Shown: one piece after another, positions 60,301 to 64,000 of the stretch | Position numbering within the stretch: the first letter of the stretch is position 1 | How the letters are laid out: each line of letters starts with the position of its first letter | IMG/VR virus record: IMGVR_UViG_3300044556_000077 | Coordinates: 1 to 64,000 of that record | Source of the DNA: a virus | Lineage: Duplodnaviria; Caudoviricetes | DNA length: 64,000 nt | Strand: one strand, 5' to 3' | Position numbers and translations under genes: made by a program | Notes under the pieces: model-generated | Databases searched by the model: none | The model's input: the letters and a program-made list of their open reading frames with translations, nothing else | Told to the model about the DNA's origin: nothing

Positions 60301-63300
60301 AATGCAGGAATGCTTGCGGGAAATCTTAAAACTGGATTTAAAGAAACAGTTCTTCCGAATCTAATAAAATTTATTAAAAATCCTGTTGGTATTGGAGCAA
60401 TAGCAGCTGCAGTTACTTACGGAGCATTAAGGATTGCAACGTATGCAGCTCATTCAATTAATCGTAAATATGATGGAGCTGCAAAAAAAATAAAAGAATA
60501 CGAACGTGACGAGGATAAAGCACAATTAAATGTAGATAAATTAAAAGCTCAAAGAGCAAGGCACGGTACTCTTAATGCTGCTGACCAATCTACACTTGAA
60601 ATGTACCAAGCTAGAGTTAAATTTGCCAAACAACAGCAAAAGGTTCAAAAGCAGATTCAGGCAAGCAATGTTGAAGGGTCTTTTAAAGTTAAAACAAAAG
60701 GCTCTGGAATGACTTGGGACGATAAAGCTGCTTTCAATGGTATTGCTGGTGTTGGCGGTTCGACTGGATTAGCTGGAATTACAGAAGCATATTCCCAAGT
60801 TGAAAAATATTTACGTGAATATAAAGCAAAAAATAGCAAACTTGGCTTTACAGATTTTATGAAAAGGTCATCCGCACAGATGGAAGCCTTGATGAAGTTT
60901 AGAGATAAAGTTAGACAGTATGACAAGCAAGGATTAAGAGTTTCTAGTCAGGATAAACAACTTGCTAACCAAATTGATACTCTTGCTAATTCTTGGAACA
61001 AAGTTGCCATTGCTCAGTCTAAAGCTAGCTCTGGAATGGCTAAATATAATAATACTATTAATTCTGTAACAAAGAAAATGTCAAGTTGGCAGGATTATAT
61101 TAACTCTGCCCCGGCAGTTCTTGATTCAATGAATAAAGTCATTAAAGGTGCTAATGATAATGGAGCAAGCCTTAAAAGTTTCCAAGATACAATTAAGACT
61201 GTTCTTACAAATTCGGCTGATACAAAGCAAGGTACAGATCAATTCTGGACAGCTGCTGAGACAATGTTTACTAAGAAGCAACTTATTAGAAATGGTTATG
61301 ACTATACCAAGACAAGAGCTATGATGCAGCAAGAGCAGAAGTTCGCTGCTAAATCTGCAAGTGGTGCATATTCCTTCTTACAATATCTGAATCAGAATAA
61401 ATCTGCAATTGGAAAAGCTACTGCAAAATCTAAAGGTGGACAAGTTACTATTACGCAAGATAGCAGTGGAATTCATGTTAGTGGATTAAATACTAAAAAT
61501 ATTGGTGCTGTTGGCAATGCAATTGGATATAGTAAAGATTTGATGAACTTATTTGAAGATAATCTTCAAAGATATGCTCCAATGGCACTTACATATACTA
61601 AGCAAGCATTAGATAAGGTTGCTCCTAAGATTGCGGGTTCAATGGAGAATACCGTATGGAAAGGCTCTAATAAAAAAGCCGACAAGAAATGGTTGAAAGC
61701 AAATGGTAGTAGTAAAAATCCTTATGCTGATACTACTGATCTTTATACTGATTCATTACAATGGTATAAAAAAGGTGGACAACGTAGTTTAGTTAGAAAG
61801 ACATTTAAGGGATTCAACTTTAAAGAACTTGCTGACAATGTAAGTAAAGCCTCTAACAAATATAATGCTAAGAACTTAATTGGATATTCTAAGAGTAGAT
61901 ATGGTGCTACAAATAAAACTGCTCCTGTGTTCTCCGATGCTAAAGCTAAGTCAATGGAACTTAATATTGCTCAATTAGCAAGAGAGGGAAAAGCAAAAGG
62001 ATTAACTAAATCTGAAACAATTCAGGCTATTAGGTCTTTAAAGCAAGGTACTAAAGCTGCTACAGGGAAAGATGTTGGATATTATGGTAAAACAAAAGAA
62101 AATGGTAAAACCGTAACAGATTCTAATCTTTCTGCTAAAGAAATGAAGAGTATCGTTAAAAAGGCTTATGGTGATCCCGATTCTAATAAAAAGAGTAAGG
62201 TTAACATCTCTGCTAAATCCGTCTATGTAAACGGCAAAAAAGTAAAAGACCCTAAAGATGATGACAGTAAGCATCCTAAGAAGCACCCTGATAAAGATAC
62301 AAAAGATACTAAAGATACTAAAAAACATCAAGATAAAAACGGAACTAAGGGTTCTGGAAGTGGCTCTGGCGGGAAAGGCGGTGGTCACGGAAGTCGTGGT
62401 AGTTCAAGTTCAGGTGGCGGTCGAAGCTCTAGTTCTGGTTCTGGTGGTGGTCATGGTGGATCAAGTAGTCGTGGAAGTCATACTAGTTCAAGTTCAAGTA
62501 GCCATGGCAGCCACAGTAGTTCAAGTAGTAATGGTAATGGTCGTGGAAGTAAGAAAAATATTATTTCTAAATCTGCATTGCAGAACAGCTTGAACGGAAC
62601 TTCTACTAGTCATGCTAATGTTGGCAAAGGAATCAATTGGGACAAAGTTGGAAAGAGTATCGAAAGCGCAAATAAAAAAGTTAATAAATGGTTCAAAACT
62701 GGTGACACTAGCAATGGTGGAACAAAAGGCAAGCATATATTAAATCCTTTAGCTCCTATTGATAAACATCCAGAAGTTCATTATAAGGGAAACAAGGTAA
62801 TTCCTAATTATAAAGGAGCTACAAATCAAGATCCAATTTCTAAAGTATTAGGTAAAACCTCTAAAAATGTAAAAAACAGTTTAGCAGATTCATTTGCATC
62901 CTCGGATTTGTGGCGTAAATCAACAATTATAGCTAATTCAGATGCATTTACAGGACTTGGGAAACTCCCATCAGGCGGTGGTCTTTTCCCACATTCAAAT
63001 AAAACTAAAACTGCTAAAAGCATAAAAAACAGTTTAGCAGATTCATTTGCATCTTCTTTTTTATGGCGTCAATCTACAATTGCTAAAAATGCATTATCTA
63101 CATTACCTAGTCGTGGTAAAAATGCATTATCTACATTACCTAGTCGTGGTAAAAATGCATTATCTGCATTGTCTAATTCAGGTAAAAACTTACTTGGAAC
63201 ATTATTCCCAGCATGGAAATCTTCAGCATTTAAAGCTGATAGAGGGGAAAATCTTTTTAGCCGATTAGCAAAAGGGGCGAATATAGCTTTTAGAGGGGGA

Positions 63301-64000
63301 AAATCTGTTCTTGGTAAAATAGGTTCTGGAATTGCCAATGAAACTTCACTGTTTGAAGCAATGAAAGCAGGTACAGCCTCTTCAAAACAAATAAAACAGG
63401 GTTGGCTTCATCAACTAGCTTCAAAAGGGAAAGGTCTATTAGGTAAAGGCAAAGATTGGTTACTTGATGGTTTTTCTATGAGTGCAGTTTATGGTGCAAC
63501 TAAAAAAGGTTCAAGTAAATCGTCAAAAGATAACAAATCAAAAGTAAAAGTTGATGCCGACACAAAGTCATTATCTTCTGCTTTAAGAAAAGTTAAAGCT
63601 AAAATTAAAAGTCTTGGTAAAGGTAAAGCTGGCAAGATAAAGATTAAAGCAGATACAAAAGGTGTAGAATCACCTCTCAAAAAACTTAAATCTACTTTAA
63701 ACAAATTTAAGAAAACAAAGAAAATTAAAGTATCAGCTAATGTAACTGGTAAGAAAAAGATTACATCACTTAAGTCCGCTCTTAAGAGTATTAAATCTAA
63801 GAAAGCGCATATTAAAGTTACTGGTGGCGAAAGTGCATCTAAGCAAGCAAGATCTGTTAAAAGTGCATTAAAAAAGATTCCTGCATCAAAGAAAACTAAA
63901 GTTTCTGCTCCGGGTGCAACACAATCAGCAAAGCAAATTAATGCGCATGTTTCCGCTGCAAAGAAAATTCCACCATCAAAGAAAACTAAAGTATCCGCTC
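54332..64000 (+). CDS. Giant tape measure protein, spliced: join(54332..58798,59158..>64000), >3100 aa, 3'-truncated
   Basis: TP901-type core SGEDAQTAADQI...IDYG|KGIQ...RQDGSEIGNAMKTILTRI; exon 2 in frame at spot checks and at the window end. Confidence 0.85.
58799..59157 (+). ncRNA. Group I intron (359 nt, no ORF) in the tape measure gene
   Basis: Core AAATCGGTGAAG, TAATACCGAG, GTAACGCATA, AAATATATGCTAGACTG shared with terL intron 1; ends ATCG; frame restored. Confidence 0.88.
63085..63183 (+). repeat. 33-bp in-frame tandem repeat (2 exact copies plus 1 degenerate) in the tape measure gene
   Basis: AAAAATGCATTATCTACATTACCTAGTCGTGGT twice (KNALSTLPSRG). Confidence 0.85.

Noticed and set aside
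63085-63183. CRISPR array
   Set aside because: The 33-bp units are contiguous, without spacers, and in frame within the tape measure gene
1-64000. Genome-wide stop-codon recoding (TAG to Gln) as the cause of split genes
   Set aside because: Long ORFs are intact in code 11, many genes end properly in TAG, and all splits are explained by group I introns

Overview
A 64-kb segment of a large SPbeta-like siphophage (or phage-plasmid/prophage), probably infecting a gut Clostridia/Firmicutes host (inferred from gene content and sigma-A promoters). From left to right: a divergent early gene cut by the window edge; about 2.2 kb of non-coding DNA with a strongly C/A-rich core; a putative Rep protein with iteron-like repeats; a YonO-like single-subunit RNA polymerase; an accessory block (HU, cysteine desulfurase, a ~600-nt ROOL-like RNA, a tRNA mimic, a beta-CASP nuclease, a TnpB-only IS, ClpP, a phosphoesterase, NrdH/NrdD/NrdG); a fibre/receptor-binding cassette with a complete diversity-generating retroelement (target-avd-TR-RT) plus a second, orphan target; holin and endolysin; two tRNAs; and the terminase-portal-head-tail module ending in a >3100-aa tape measure gene. 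Six group I introns interrupt five genes (RNAP, nrdD, terL twice, major capsid, tape measure). Their junctions were reconstructed by hand; only one carries a homing endonuclease, and one appears to use a C.A rather than U.G 5' splice-site pair. The most novel-looking element is the IscS / large ncRNA / anticodon-less tRNA mimic / beta-CASP cluster. All family assignments come from motif recognition, not database searches.
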